A DNA stretch of 60,738 bases, filler included, from Basidiobolus ranarum (GCA_040143965.1; 12 parts of 12 records of this genome joined end to end with filler, not necessarily neighbours in it); one strand, 5' to 3'. Positions 1 to 11,176 are shown, counted from the whole stretch's first letter. Made by a program: numbers and translations. The notes: a model not told the origin generated them from the letters alone.

Positions 1-1661
1 TTGCTTTTTTAAAAACCTTGCAACTACATCCCAACGAGTAATTCTGTATATGACCTTTTCCATATTTCTTATTCGTAAAATCCTCATTTCTCCAACTTGC
101 TCGGTTAGAAAATCCCCCTTCTCTTCCCTTCCCTCTTTACTACCCTCTCCCCTCATTTCCCTCCAAATTTTACAACCAATATGCGCATCTAAGGGAAATT
201 TCTTTTTTGTCTTAATTAAATTATAAATATGATATAGCGTTAAGCAAGTGAATTTTATTTATTTTACATCAAAGCAGTCCTCATTTGATATCCATTTCCT
301 AATCAGATACTTGATATTTGAGCTAAATTTCCAACGAAACTCTAAAGGCAAGATTTCACTCCAAGCTGATCGATGACACCTAGACAGCAAGTCTCATGAT
401 TTTGGCATGCACCTCTTAGACTTATACACTCATCTTTCTTTATGGGGTTTGCTTCAGTGTAGGTTATCGAGATGAACAAGAGGGTTAAAGAGAAGGTAGT
501 TGCGAAATGTCATTGTTGTTTTAGATTGAATTGGCTCTAGTCTATCTCACCAATTTATACCATTGCTAACCCAGTAAATCGCTGAACGACACCCGTTTCA
601 TTTTGACCGACACAAGAAATACCCACTTGATATAAAGGGATATTTTTCGGGGAGAAGATTTGAAAAGTATGTACACTGAGTGATTGTCAATCTGATTCAT
701 CCCTTAAAACGTACAAAGCGATTTGAGTAACGGTTCGCATACAGGAAATACTATGTAGTAATCAATGTCACCATATCTTCATCCTAAAGTTTCAAATGGA
801 ATCCAAAATTTACTAAATTCTCGCTCCAATTCATTATTATTCAACATCCTGAATAATATTGAAATTTGGTTTATTTCTCTATTCATGATCTCAACTTTAA
901 TCAATGAATTTGCTCTTCTTTGATGTGGATGTTAACTAGAATAGAGAAAGAAACAACTGATTCAGATGAACATCAATCATTCAGGGTGTATATAGGAAGT
1001 GAATACCAATATGTTGTCTACAAGTTGTCCAATATTCTCTTCTTTCAATATCAATAATATATCACACATACAGCTCATTCAAAATTGTAACCCACAGAGA
1101 TAGGGTTAGGATCACGTAGCCATCATACCAAAAGTATTGACGGATCATACATGAAATATACGAAAGATTGTCGCCGGTCTATTTCCATGGCCATCATTGG
1201 ACTTCCTTAGTGTACGTGATATCACATATAATGCAAATGGTTACTTGAGACTCCTTGCATGCAAAAAGCGTGTCATTAATACTCACCAAGTTGCTTCAAT
1301 AATGGAATAAGGACTTAATGAAAGAAGCTTCAAACATAGCCCCATAAACGTATTCTGTAGAATTTCTCACAGTAGATTGAATGACATCAATGTTGGACTT
1401 GAGAGGGCTTTCTTCAGTTCAAGAATTGTAAAATTCTGGTACCAACGAGACTTGATACGTGGCTAACTCTTCTAGCTGTGTGATATACCAAGTAAAATAT
1501 AAACGAAGAGATATGGTTGAAAAATCCGATATATCATATTTTAATGGAGATATTTTCATTCATCTCTGTTCTCTCAAAATATTTCATAAACCTCACTGAG
1601 CCTGGGGTCTAACTCACTAGTTCAAGCTAAAGAATATTCATCAAGAATAGATTTTCTTACA

Positions 1662-1922
1662 CAAGCATGCACTCCATACTCGAAATGAATCTAGTTGTAA
1701 TCCATGGTTGCGCTCAAAATCAAGCAACCTGAATTCCAATTAGAAATAAGAATAAACCGTATCAGTGGTTGTGCTCAAAAGTCAAACAACCCCAATGCTG
1801 GAAATGTTATGACTTAACAGTCAGCGTTAAGTCCATGGATGTGCTCTAAGTCAAACAACCTGAAGTTAAAGCTGTTGTTAAAAAAAATAATACTCCGAGG
1901 TGAATGGTACAGTGCATGCTTG
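1662..1922 (-). ncRNA. Candidate structured RNA or 5' leader: closing stem plus three homologous hairpin arms
   Basis: Perfect 12-bp inverted repeat at 1662-1673/1911-1922. It encloses three copies of GGUUGY-UUGAYUU(N)GAGC-RCAACC-A (minus strand) at 1706-1729, 1767-1791 and 1837-1860, each on a longer stem. TATATAAG lies about 50 nt upstream on the minus strand. No family recognised. Confidence 0.55.
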
Positions 1923-1969
1923 GAAGAGGGGGAGCTTTAGAAAATAATTATCAGTTAACGAGCGCAGCC

Positions 1970-1977
1970 CTTATATA
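1970..1977 (-). promoter_or_regulatory. Putative TATA box (TATATAAG)
   Basis: Matches TATAWAWR on the minus strand, followed by a pyrimidine tract (CTCCCCCTCTTCC) and the structured element. Confidence 0.4.
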
Positions 1978-3231
1978 GTATGCAAAGTGTGACTTCAAAT
2001 CAGCAAGTATGAGGTGTAGATTGACTTGCAAGTACAAAAATAGGATCTGTTTCACCTACCCCTAATTAATAATTCAACTCGTGATAGACTGCGATATTTA
2101 AAAAGGGTCAGGTAGGAATCAACTCACTCACGAATTCATACACGATCGATCCCCGCGAAGCATGGAGACTGGACTTTAGCTTTGATCTTACTAGTGAAGT
2201 GTAACCCCGCTTTTCTGGCTAAACTGTTATTGATGGAAATGTTGAAGAGCAATTATTCGTTATTCCCAAATATAAAATAGCCATCCCGTTGAGTCATAAC
2301 TTATTATGGTTTTGGCGACCTTCCATTGATGCGGGACTTCCTCAGTCAATTCTAAAACAAAGGGATATCGATATACGGCAGTCTTCCAAGTCCCTAGAAG
2401 ACTGGGTAGGAAAGGAGAGTATAAATTACTACTCAAGATCTGTGATCCACCAATAAAGAACCATGCAGCTCACTATGTTACATTGCACCGTCGCTATTGA
2501 ATCAACGTTGACCTCACTCATATGTAACAACCTTGTCAAAATAAACACTATATCAATCCGAGAATATATAGGTATCAATTGAAATACTACCTTTGAAATA
2601 TGCTATTAACCAATTGCTCTAGTTTTAATGCATTTTATTGAGAAGCCGACCTTTGCTACTGGATAATTAGCTGAGGCTTACTAATTCAATCATGCATTAC
2701 AGTAAGAATCATAACTCAGTGGCACGAATTAGCACTTTTTACTTATATGGTACTGAAAGAGAGTTTGACACATGATCGCCGATTATTTTGCAACATGCGT
2801 TGTAAGAAAGAATTCAAAAATCAGAGTTAACCCTAATCGGTATATTTAGGCTAATAACCTTAATCCTCAGGAGTGTGACTAGCGCTGGCGGTAAAAAGAA
2901 TTTATGGAAAAGCAGTCACTTAGATGGCTTCTATTGGATACATCCTCACAATGATGGGGTTTTACCTCCTATTTACATCCTTATCATACCTCATACATAG
3001 AGTCTGATCGTCTTGTGAATTACATCCCCATACGTAAAAGTATTAGTCGGAAATCATTTTAAACAATGAATACACTACATGTACATGCATAAACAATCTA
3101 GTAACATTTTGATTGAAATGGCGGAAATTGCAAAATCCGGCGAATCTATAAATATAGTACATTCTGATAGAACTTCACTTATTCATATTCTTGCACAGTC
3201 AACTTTCAGCATTTCTGAGCTATTTAACATA

Positions 3232-3585
3232 ATGAAATTTATTTCCATACTCTCTCACTTTACTGCCACCACTATCACTGCAGCTGGAGTCGCTGTAAAA
3301 GTTGACACATCAAATCCAATTATTTTACGAATTTACAGCAAGTGCGAATATGGTGGCACCGAGAAATCCTTTCGCTTGAAGGACTTTGATACAAATGGTT
3401 GCCGTAGTGACTTAACAGATGAGCGTATCATGTCTTACAAACTCACCAGTGGCTATGAGATTAGATTTCATGGTTTTTATACCTGCCCTGCTGATTTCAT
3501 TCTCAGTATTACAAATCCGAAGTGCCTTACCACGACCAACTCTGAGAGTATTGGTTCTGCTACCATTAGAAAATCACGTAAATAA
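3232..3585 (+). CDS. Small secreted Cys-containing protein, beta/gamma-crystallin-like (117 aa)
   Basis: Internal ATG gives a signal-peptide-like MKFISILSHFTATTITAA. TATAAATA at 3147-3154. IYSKCEYGG and IMSYKLTSGYEIRFH resemble Greek-key motifs. Four Cys. Confidence 0.55.
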   Translation: MKFISILSHFTATTITAAGVAVKVDTSNPIILRIYSKCEYGGTEKSFRLKDFDTNGCRSDLTDERIMSYKLTSGYEIRFHGFYTCPADFILSITNPKCLTTTNSESIGSATIRKSRK

Positions 3586-4831
3586 ACCTTCTACTTGTGC
3601 TATAAGTTGTGATTACTTGCGAGTCAAACCTGGAGCTGGACAGGGCAGGCATTTTCATATTTTCTGGAGAGGGCGCAGAAGTACAGATAGGTAGAATATA
3701 CAGTTAATGTCTAAACGATCGAGTAACTCTGGATTTCCGTAATTTCATAATCAACAGTAGTTATTGTTCTTTTGCTGAGAATATATGTTTGAGAAGGTTG
3801 AGAAAAGAAATAGAACTACTAGCCAGGGAATTAACGGAGGAAAAGCATCACAGGTGTAGTAGAGAAATATTATAACTTACTATAAGGTATATTGGTGAAT
3901 TGTTAAGAGAAGAAAGTAGCTACCATTCTGGATGTAGTTATAAGTGCACTTGAACTTAAACTAATATCTCTCGTTATTCCTGCTTATATTAAACACAATT
4001 GGATGTGATGAACTGATCGCTAAACTAAAGAGACGAAATTCATAATTCTCAATGAGCTAGTAGAAGTAGCCTAGAACTGTACTTCCATAGTGTAGACCAA
4101 GCATTTTGACAATCGAGCACTATTCATTGTCAAACCAGTAGTAAGTAAAGTAGTAGATAGTGTCATTTCCCTGGAACACCACCATAACATTTGGTGCATG
4201 GAATTCAATAAACAGTGAAGGTGAACTCGTTGAATTTTCCTCCCAAGATGCAAATTTATAACTTGATCACCATTAGAGTTATTTAATTACTATACATTAG
4301 ATTAGTATGAGGTCTGCTGGTGAATGAAAACAACCTTTAAAGTAAAATATAAGTGCTAATAAGAGCTAGATTATCCTTGGGTAAGATTCTTAATATTTTA
4401 CGAACAGATTGATTGAAGAGCATATACATAAATTACAAACTGAGTTGGCTTAGGATAAACAACATCGCCGCACCAGAATATAGTCATTACATTTGCAAAC
4501 ATTAAATTGTTGAAGTTGGTATCCAGAATGCAGGTGCTATCCGGGTCAATCAGAACCTATTGCTATCAAGATAGCGTGAAATAGTAATAATAAGATATCT
4601 TAAACCCTGTATTTATATATATCTGAATTCAGTTTACCATGAAGTACCATTGTTTATCAAAAGTCCTTCAAAAGATAGTCCTAGTAGATGCTTCACTGGG
4701 AAGAAATACAGTTAACTTGTATATTTACTTCCCTACTTGGCCTAATTCAACTTTATTTCAACAATTGATATATATCTAGTAAGGTATATGTATAAAAATG
4801 ATATAGTTTCATCATTTTTATAATGTAATAC

Positions 4832-4985
4832 CTAGTATTTATAGGCTGATCCACCACCACCGCTGTATTTTTCACCGTTTCCACCACCATTGCCTCCGTA
4901 GTCGCCACCAGATCCACCGCGAGGAAGAGAGCACGTCTCACCTCCTGGCCATCCGGAGAATGGGGGGTGGGGACCGCCGGGGGGG
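4832..4985 (-). CDS. 3' end of a glycine-rich protein (partial, contig edge)
   Basis: Open frame ...PRGGSGGDYGGNGGGNGEKYSGGGGSAYKY* in a GC-rich stretch running off the contig. Confidence 0.5.
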
Positions 4986-5085
4986 NNNNNNNNNNNNNNN
5001 NNNNNNNNNNNNNNNNNNNNNNNNNNNNNTTAATTAATTAANNNNNNNNNNNNNNNNNNNNNNNNNNNNNNNNNNNNNNNNNNNN
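4986..5085. other. Artificial contig spacer (also 10069-10168, 15147-15246, 20224-20323, 25298-25397, 30369-30468, 35438-35537, 40503-40602, 45567-45666, 50629-50728, 55686-55785)
   Basis: Identical N44-TTAATTAATTAA-N44 six-frame-stop linker. Contig lengths decrease monotonically. Confidence 0.99.
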
Positions 5086-5441
5086 CTCACTATGGCTGAC
5101 CCAGTGACCTTGACTGATGCTCTCCACCAGGCAGTTAAATGTGACAACTGGTTGTTTGAAAGACAACAACAAAGAAACATGGTTCCTTTCTTCTCTGCTT
5201 CATCATCTACTTTCAGACCTTCCTTTCATCAAACACAAAATACAGCTCAAGCTGATGAACCAATGCAAATTGATGGAACTTGCTTCAGAAAGCTTAGCCC
5301 TGAGGGTAAACATTGCCACCAACAAGAGAAGCTATGCCTCTATAGTGGAGCTCCTGGACATGTAGCAAGAACCTGTCCAAAGAAGAATCATGGATTTAAG
5401 AGTAACAGTATGCAAGTACAAGAGAACTCTTCCCAACCCTT

Positions 5442-5487
5442 GGAAAACTTCAATGCCCAGCTGCAATAATGGACATGCAGTTGGGCA
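5442..5487 (+). promoter_or_regulatory. Putative -1 programmed ribosomal frameshift signal (gag-pol)
   Basis: G_GAA_AAC in the gag frame, a 5-nt spacer, then a 12-bp stem TGCCCAGCTGCA/TGCAGTTGGGCA. The pol frame is -1 and open from the slip site. Confidence 0.75.
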
Positions 5488-7792
5488 AACCATCTTCAAA
5501 AATGTATCTTCACCATACATTGCAATCTCTGCAGTCTTACAAAGCATTAAAGCTGCCCATTACACTCCTGCTTCCAAATTCCAAGTCAACCAAAACTTCT
5601 GCACTTCTTGATTCAGGTGCTTCCTCCTGTCTTATTGACTCTGCCTTTGTAAAATCCCACTCTATCCCAATAATCAAGACGTCTAGTCCAGTCCTTGTAG
5701 AAGTAATTGATGGAAGGCTGCTGTCATCAGGTGCTGTGACACATGAGACAACCTTTATCACACTCCTGTCCATTGCTCATCCAGAAGAAATAGCCTCTAA
5801 TATCATTTCTTCACATCACCACACGGTCATCCTTGGTATCTCATGGCTCATGCAGCACAACGCAGTAATCAATTGGAAGAAGAATATTTCGACATTCAAG
5901 CAAACTCCACCTCCTAGTCCATATTTACCAACCTGCAAAGTATTCAACTCATCACCAGCCCACCTCCTAACAACATCTGAGAAGCCTATATATGCTGACA
6001 TTTTTGCTGTTGAGCAGAAACCAACAAGACCTATGGTTCATAAGCTCCCACCCAAATACTAAGCCTTTGCTGATGTCTTTGACAAGAAGAAATTTGATAT
6101 AATCCCAGCTCACCACCCATATGATCTCCCTAGAGATCTACAAGAAGAAAAACAACCACCATTTGGGCCTATAACTGGGCTGACCCAGCCATAACTCAAC
6201 ATTCTGAATGAGTACAATGCAGAAAATCTGGATAAAGGTTCTATCCAACATTTAAAATCCCCAGCAGGCTCTCCAATCTTATTTGTTAAGAAAGAGGATG
6301 GATCCCTCTGTCTCTGTGTTGATTATTGAGGCCTAAATAGCATTACAGTCAAAAATTGATACCCCTTGCCATTAATCAACTCACTCTTGGATCAGCTTGC
6401 TTCAGCCAAGGTCTTTACAAAGATTGATCTAAGAGGTGCTTACAATCTTGCAAGAATCAAACCAGGAGACCAATGGAAAACTGCCTTTCAAACTTGCTAT
6501 GGACACATTGAATATAATGTCATGCCATTTGGACTTACCAAATCCCCTGCAGTCTTTCAACACATGATGAATGATATCTTCAGAGAGTATCTTGACCATT
6601 TTGTGGTAATCCACCTTGACAATATCTTGGTCTTCTCAAGTTCTCAAGAAGAACTTAATATTCCTGTTTCAAAAGTCCTAGAAAAGTCAAAAACCTCTGG
6701 GCTCTATGCTAAACTTGAGAAATGTGAATTTGATCAAGCTCAAGTTGAATTCCTTGGATATAACATCAGCACATCAGGCATCTCTGTGGACCCTAAGAAG
6801 GTTAAATCTGTTCTGTCTTGAAATATTCCCAAGAATGTGAAGGATGTCCAATCTTTCCTTAGATTTGCAAACTTTTACTAATGGTGTTGAGAACTATTCC
6901 AAAATGTGTGCTCCATTAACAAACCTCACAGAGAAAGAACACCCATTTGACTGGAACCCATCTTGCCAACAAGCATTTGTAACTTTAAAGAGTGCTTTTA
7001 CCTTGGCACCAATCCTGGCACATCCCAAGCTAGACAAGCCATTTATTGTTGAAACTGATGCATCCAACTTTGCTCTAGGAGCAGTACTATCACAGTTTGA
7101 CAATGACAACATACTGCACCTTGTTGCCTTTTACTCAAGAAAGCTCTTTGCCACAGAAATCAACTATGACTTCTATGACAAGGAACTATTACTTTTGCCC
7201 TGCTGCCTCAGACCATGCAACTTTCCTTAAGGACATACATAAACAATTAATATCTGAGTTGGAGCATGCTTAATCCCAATACAAGAACTTTGCTGCTAAG
7301 AAAAGAAAGCCAAGCCCAGATCTCAAGCCAGGAGATTATGTTTGGCTACTCCAAAAAAATATCAAAACCACTAGATCTTTTGATAAATTTGATCATAAAA
7401 GACTAGGGCCTTTTAAGATTATTAAGTAAATCAATTCAGTAGTCTTCCACCTTGAACTTCCGGCCCATTTCAAAGTCCACATTGTATTCCATGTGTCTCT
7501 CTTAGAACCACATGCCAGAAATGCCTTCCAGGGGCAATCCATTGACCCACCCCTAGCAATCCAAGTGGAAGAACACCCTGATTATGAAGTTAGCAAAATT
7601 CTAGATACCAGAATTTATTGATGTCAATTGCAATATTTAGTGGACTGGAAGGGTTACTCAGCAAATGATCAATCATGGGAGCCAGCATCAAATCTATTCA
7701 ACTCTAAGGAACTTTGCCAGGCATTTCATGAAGCATATCCAAAAAGACCTGGCCCTATGATGTCTGGAAGCCATCACTAAAGAAGAGGATAC

Positions 7793-8334
7793 TGTCATGA
7801 TTCTGATCTTGGCATGCTGATTGACTGCAAATAGAACTCTTCTATAACTAGATTATGACATCATATCTGCTGTGCCATCCCTTCTTAGCAATCTGGGGTA
7901 GTTCATCCAGATTACCTTATATGGAAGTCATGTTCTTTGCAACATTCCATGTAATCTAACTAATCTTTTCATCCTACACATAGTGTATTTCTACCCAGAC
8001 CTTCCAGGGAAGGTCACCTGATCATCCTTACATTATTCTTAAATTATCCCTCTTTCTATTGGTCTTTATAATCCCCAACACCCCAACTCTCAAACTTGCC
8101 ACAGTATATTCCCTGTTCAGTATATTATGTTTCATCTTACAATATTTATAAAGGCCCCATGTATTGCTTGATCAGACCTCAGTCTGATCAATGCCAGTTA
8201 TCAATAAAGATTCTTGCAAAAGTATCTTCCTTGTCCAGTCTCTTGTCTTGTCTTGTGATCTACACCCAAGTACTCTCCTGCCTTCTAGCCTCTTGTCATT
8301 ATTTCCAGTCCTTGTCCAGTTCCTTATTGTGACA
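7793..8334 (+). repeat. 3' LTR of the gypsy element (542 bp)
   Basis: TGTCA...TGACA termini, preceded by the purine tract AAAGAAGAGGA. The 3' part recurs at 50729-50854. Confidence 0.9.
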
Positions 8335-8950
8335 GACTGTACTTTGCCTCAAAGTTTGTAACACTGCCAAGAGTCAAGATACCATGGAGTTATCACAGAT
8401 ATATGATCAGAATAATGTATATACAAATGCAACTTCAGTCAAACCAGTAAGTCCAGACACCTTTGAGGATATGCTGCTAGATGTTAACCTTGGTTATTCC
8501 AGTACTTATGGTAGTATATCAGAAGTTGAAGAAGAAGACAATGGTTTTGTTATGGACTCTTTGTTATTAGCAAGCAATAGTCCACTCATAACACTTACAG
8601 TAAAGGAAGCAGTTTTGATTATTGAAGTGTGGAGAGTTCAATCCAATCTTAGCAACCAGGTGTTTATTGGTATCCTACACTTTTAACGTAGCTGATTGGC
8701 AACTGTTGCTTGCCATAGACCTGGTACAAGTGGAAAACACTTGTAAAATGTATGACTTGTAATTCTTCACTAATAAACTACCTTGAAGTCTAAATGGTTG
8801 CTTGGGTTTCACCAGTGATCTGAAAAACTTGAAGTCATGTACTGTTTGCACACAATTGGTAAGCACTAAATCAGGTAAATATTTTCATATTTGGCTTACA
8901 TACTGTTGATTCCATGTCTTGAAGTTTTGATGAAATCACCCAAATACAGA
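8335..8950 (+). repeat. Unclassified dispersed repeat family, copy 1
   Basis: GTAACACTGCCAAGAGTCAAGATACCATGGAGTTA and downstream blocks recur at about 45185-45249 (+) and 51700-52560 (-). Confidence 0.75.
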
Positions 8951-8951
8951 T

Positions 8952-9500
8952 ATTTCTTTGTCATTGCCTTTCAAACAACTGGTTGTTGCATTTGACTCCC
9001 TGATGGATAGCATTAGTCAAAATCACTGGGTGAGCCATAGTGAGTAGAAGATGCTTAATATTTTCTTGTAGTATTGGAATTGGCTGATCAGGGCAGATTC
9101 TCCCCAATTGAGATCACAGGCATGAAGGCAATATTTGGTGGCATAAGTTGATGTAGGCTTTAGCCCTTGTTTAAGTGCATGGGGCTTGGTAGCTGAAGTT
9201 CTTTCCTTGTCTGAATTTCCATATGTAGCTTCTAGTTAGCAAGGAAGTTGGAAAGAAGTGGAGATTGATATTCCATCTAAGGAGCAAACCAAGATATAGC
9301 TGTTCCTGAAATTAGCATCCCAACTAGGCCTACTTTTGTTAGGTTAGTGAGGTAATGATTGGGATGTAGCTGGATGATGAGTTTTACCTGGTTGATGAAT
9401 CCACCATAGTGTTGGCAAGTGCTATCAAATGTATTTTGCAAGGAGATCTTTAGTTCAGGAGTTGGATTTGCTGGATAGCTGAGTGCAGCAGGAATCTGTA
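8952..9500 (-). mobile_element. Second gypsy gag fragment, inverted
   Basis: The reverse complement of 8952-9046 matches 5086-5180. Upstream it reads as gag capsid remnants (GFINQVKLIIQLHP...KVGLVGMLISGTAISWFAP). Confidence 0.8.
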
Positions 9501-9620
9501 CTTTGGCAAGAAAAGAAAAAAGTTCTAGGTTTCATGTTGAAGCTAAGCAAGAGTGTCAATGGCTTGATAGCCACTTACATCTTGGTTCTCCCTTACAATC
9601 CATTAACAAAATGATGTACT

Positions 9621-10068
9621 TGTTGAATACAGGTAAATAGCAACTCATCATTTAGTAGTTTTTTTATTCAAATTCTGATTATTTAGCACTGAATTCTGCC
9701 ATTTGAACCTTGTGTGTATTGCTCTAATTGATAGAAATGGTAATTAGTGCTCTGTTACCAACTTTCATCATTTTCTCAAACCTCTCCAAATTATCTCAAA
9801 ATTTCACCCATGATTTTGTTGAAATTAGGTAAATAGCAACTCATTATTTAGTAGTTAGTTTATTTATATTCAGATTATTTAGCACTCAATTCTGTTATTC
9901 AAAAACGTGTGTTTATTGCTCTAATTGATAGAAATATCAATTAGATCACTTTTACCGATTTTCACTATTTTCTCAAAACTTCTCCAAATCACCTCAAATT
10001 TTCACCCATGCTTAACAGGCATGTTTGTTATGATCTAAGCACGTCCAATAGTCCTATTTCATAGTAAA
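9621..10068 (+). repeat. Two nested or tandem partial copia LTRs, family A (9621-9812, 9817-10068)
   Basis: Both begin TGTTGAA..AGGTAAATAGCAACTCAT and match the LTRs at 16030-16375 and 16471-16815. Confidence 0.8.
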
Positions 10069-10168
10069 NNNNNNNNNNNNNNNNNNNNNNNNNNNNNNNN
10101 NNNNNNNNNNNNTTAATTAATTAANNNNNNNNNNNNNNNNNNNNNNNNNNNNNNNNNNNNNNNNNNNN

Positions 10169-10727
10169 CGTCGCTTGGACCGGGGCATTGCTAGGAATGC
10201 TGTATTGGCGCATTCGAGCAGGATATACTGATTACATTTCCTGGTCTCTCCAAGCTGATTTGAAAGATATAAAGACGTACTATAGACTTGAGGAATCTGA
10301 GGATGAAAATGGAGAACGCAAGCTTGTGCCCACTAGTGATAGTCAATTCTGGGTTTGTACATTAGACGAAGAAGTAGTCGGCTTTGTGGCATTGGATTAT
10401 CAAGTGGATGCTAATGGTCGACAGGTATGGGAGTTAAGAAGGATGATTGTTTCCCCTCACCATCGTAAAATGGGAATTGCGAAATTGTTGATAACGACCT
10501 TGTTGAATTGGGCAAGAGATAGAGGCGCTACTGATGTTGAGCTGATGACCAGTGAAATACAGGCAGGTGCTATGAAGCTATATGAACGCTTTGGGTGGAA
10601 GGAAGAGAATAGAATAGGCCTCATGTATGGTGTTCATGGAGTGAAATACCGGCTAGATCTGACTCCTGGTGAAAAGAAAGTGGATAAAGTAGCGACTGGT
10701 GTTGCCAATACTGTTAAAGTGATTTGA
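10169..10727 (+). CDS. GNAT N-acetyltransferase, NAT8/camello-like (5' partial)
   Basis: ELRRMIVSPHHRKMGIAKLL acetyl-CoA motif A and TSEIQAGAMKLYERFGW motif B. Confidence 0.9.
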
Positions 10728-11176
10728 ATATGAGCGGTTTTAAATAGCATCATTGCATAGACATATATATAATCCAAACGCACGTTATTATTTCATTTTG
10801 AATATATCAAATACTTTTGGTTTAAAAACATCTTTCGAAATTGAGCCCAATTCTTTATTTCCGTAAAAGCTATCCGTTGACTGCACAAGTTTGGGTGGTA
10901 TCTTGTGTATATAAATTTTAGCACTGGCATCCTTTGCCTTTGCATCAATTTAGCTTGGTACCATTATAATCCATGAGCCAAGGTAATCAATATTAACTGA
11001 TCTATTCCATAGGAAAATATGTAGATGAACTCTTTTATCTTTGAGAATTGGAAAAAAGCTGCTCACTCTAAGCCTGGTGCTCTGTAAGCAGTATATCTGA
11101 AGTCAGTTTAAACAAGCATTCTTCATAAATGATGGCCTAGCAATGATTTGCCTATTTGAGAATAAAACCTCAAGTT

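Larger units (their letters stand above)
5086..8334 (+). mobile_element. Degenerate Ty3/gypsy chromovirus LTR retrotransposon, 5'-truncated
   Basis: Gag zinc knuckle (CLYSGAPGHVARTC), protease LLDSGAS, RT ([20 protein letters not shown]), RNase H (ETDASNFALGAVLSQ), integrase C-terminus (GPFKI, VFHVSLLEP), chromodomain (YLVDWKGY...SWEP), polypurine tract and 3' LTR. Many stops and frameshifts. Confidence 0.95.

Noticed and set aside
1290-1560. In-frame TGA codons as selenocysteine or recoding (also 21530-21600)
   Set aside because: No redox motif or SECIS seen. CGA/TGG-to-TGA decay is simpler, and intact genes here use TGA as stop.
1706-1860. CRISPR-like array (24-25 nt palindromic repeats with 37-45 nt spacers)
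   Set aside because: Only three imperfect copies. The spacers base-pair around each repeat. Eukaryotic context with no cas genes.
3079-3231. Upstream start for the 168-aa ORF
   Set aside because: Contains the TATA-like box. ATG 3232 gives a signal-peptide-like start.
4020-4740. Possible multi-exon gene on the minus strand
   Set aside because: Could not assemble a consistent frame or recognise a domain.
5030-5041. Periodic TTAATTAATTAA palindrome every ~5 kb
   Set aside because: Artificial linker inside the N spacers. Cross-contig gene neighbourhoods were not interpreted.
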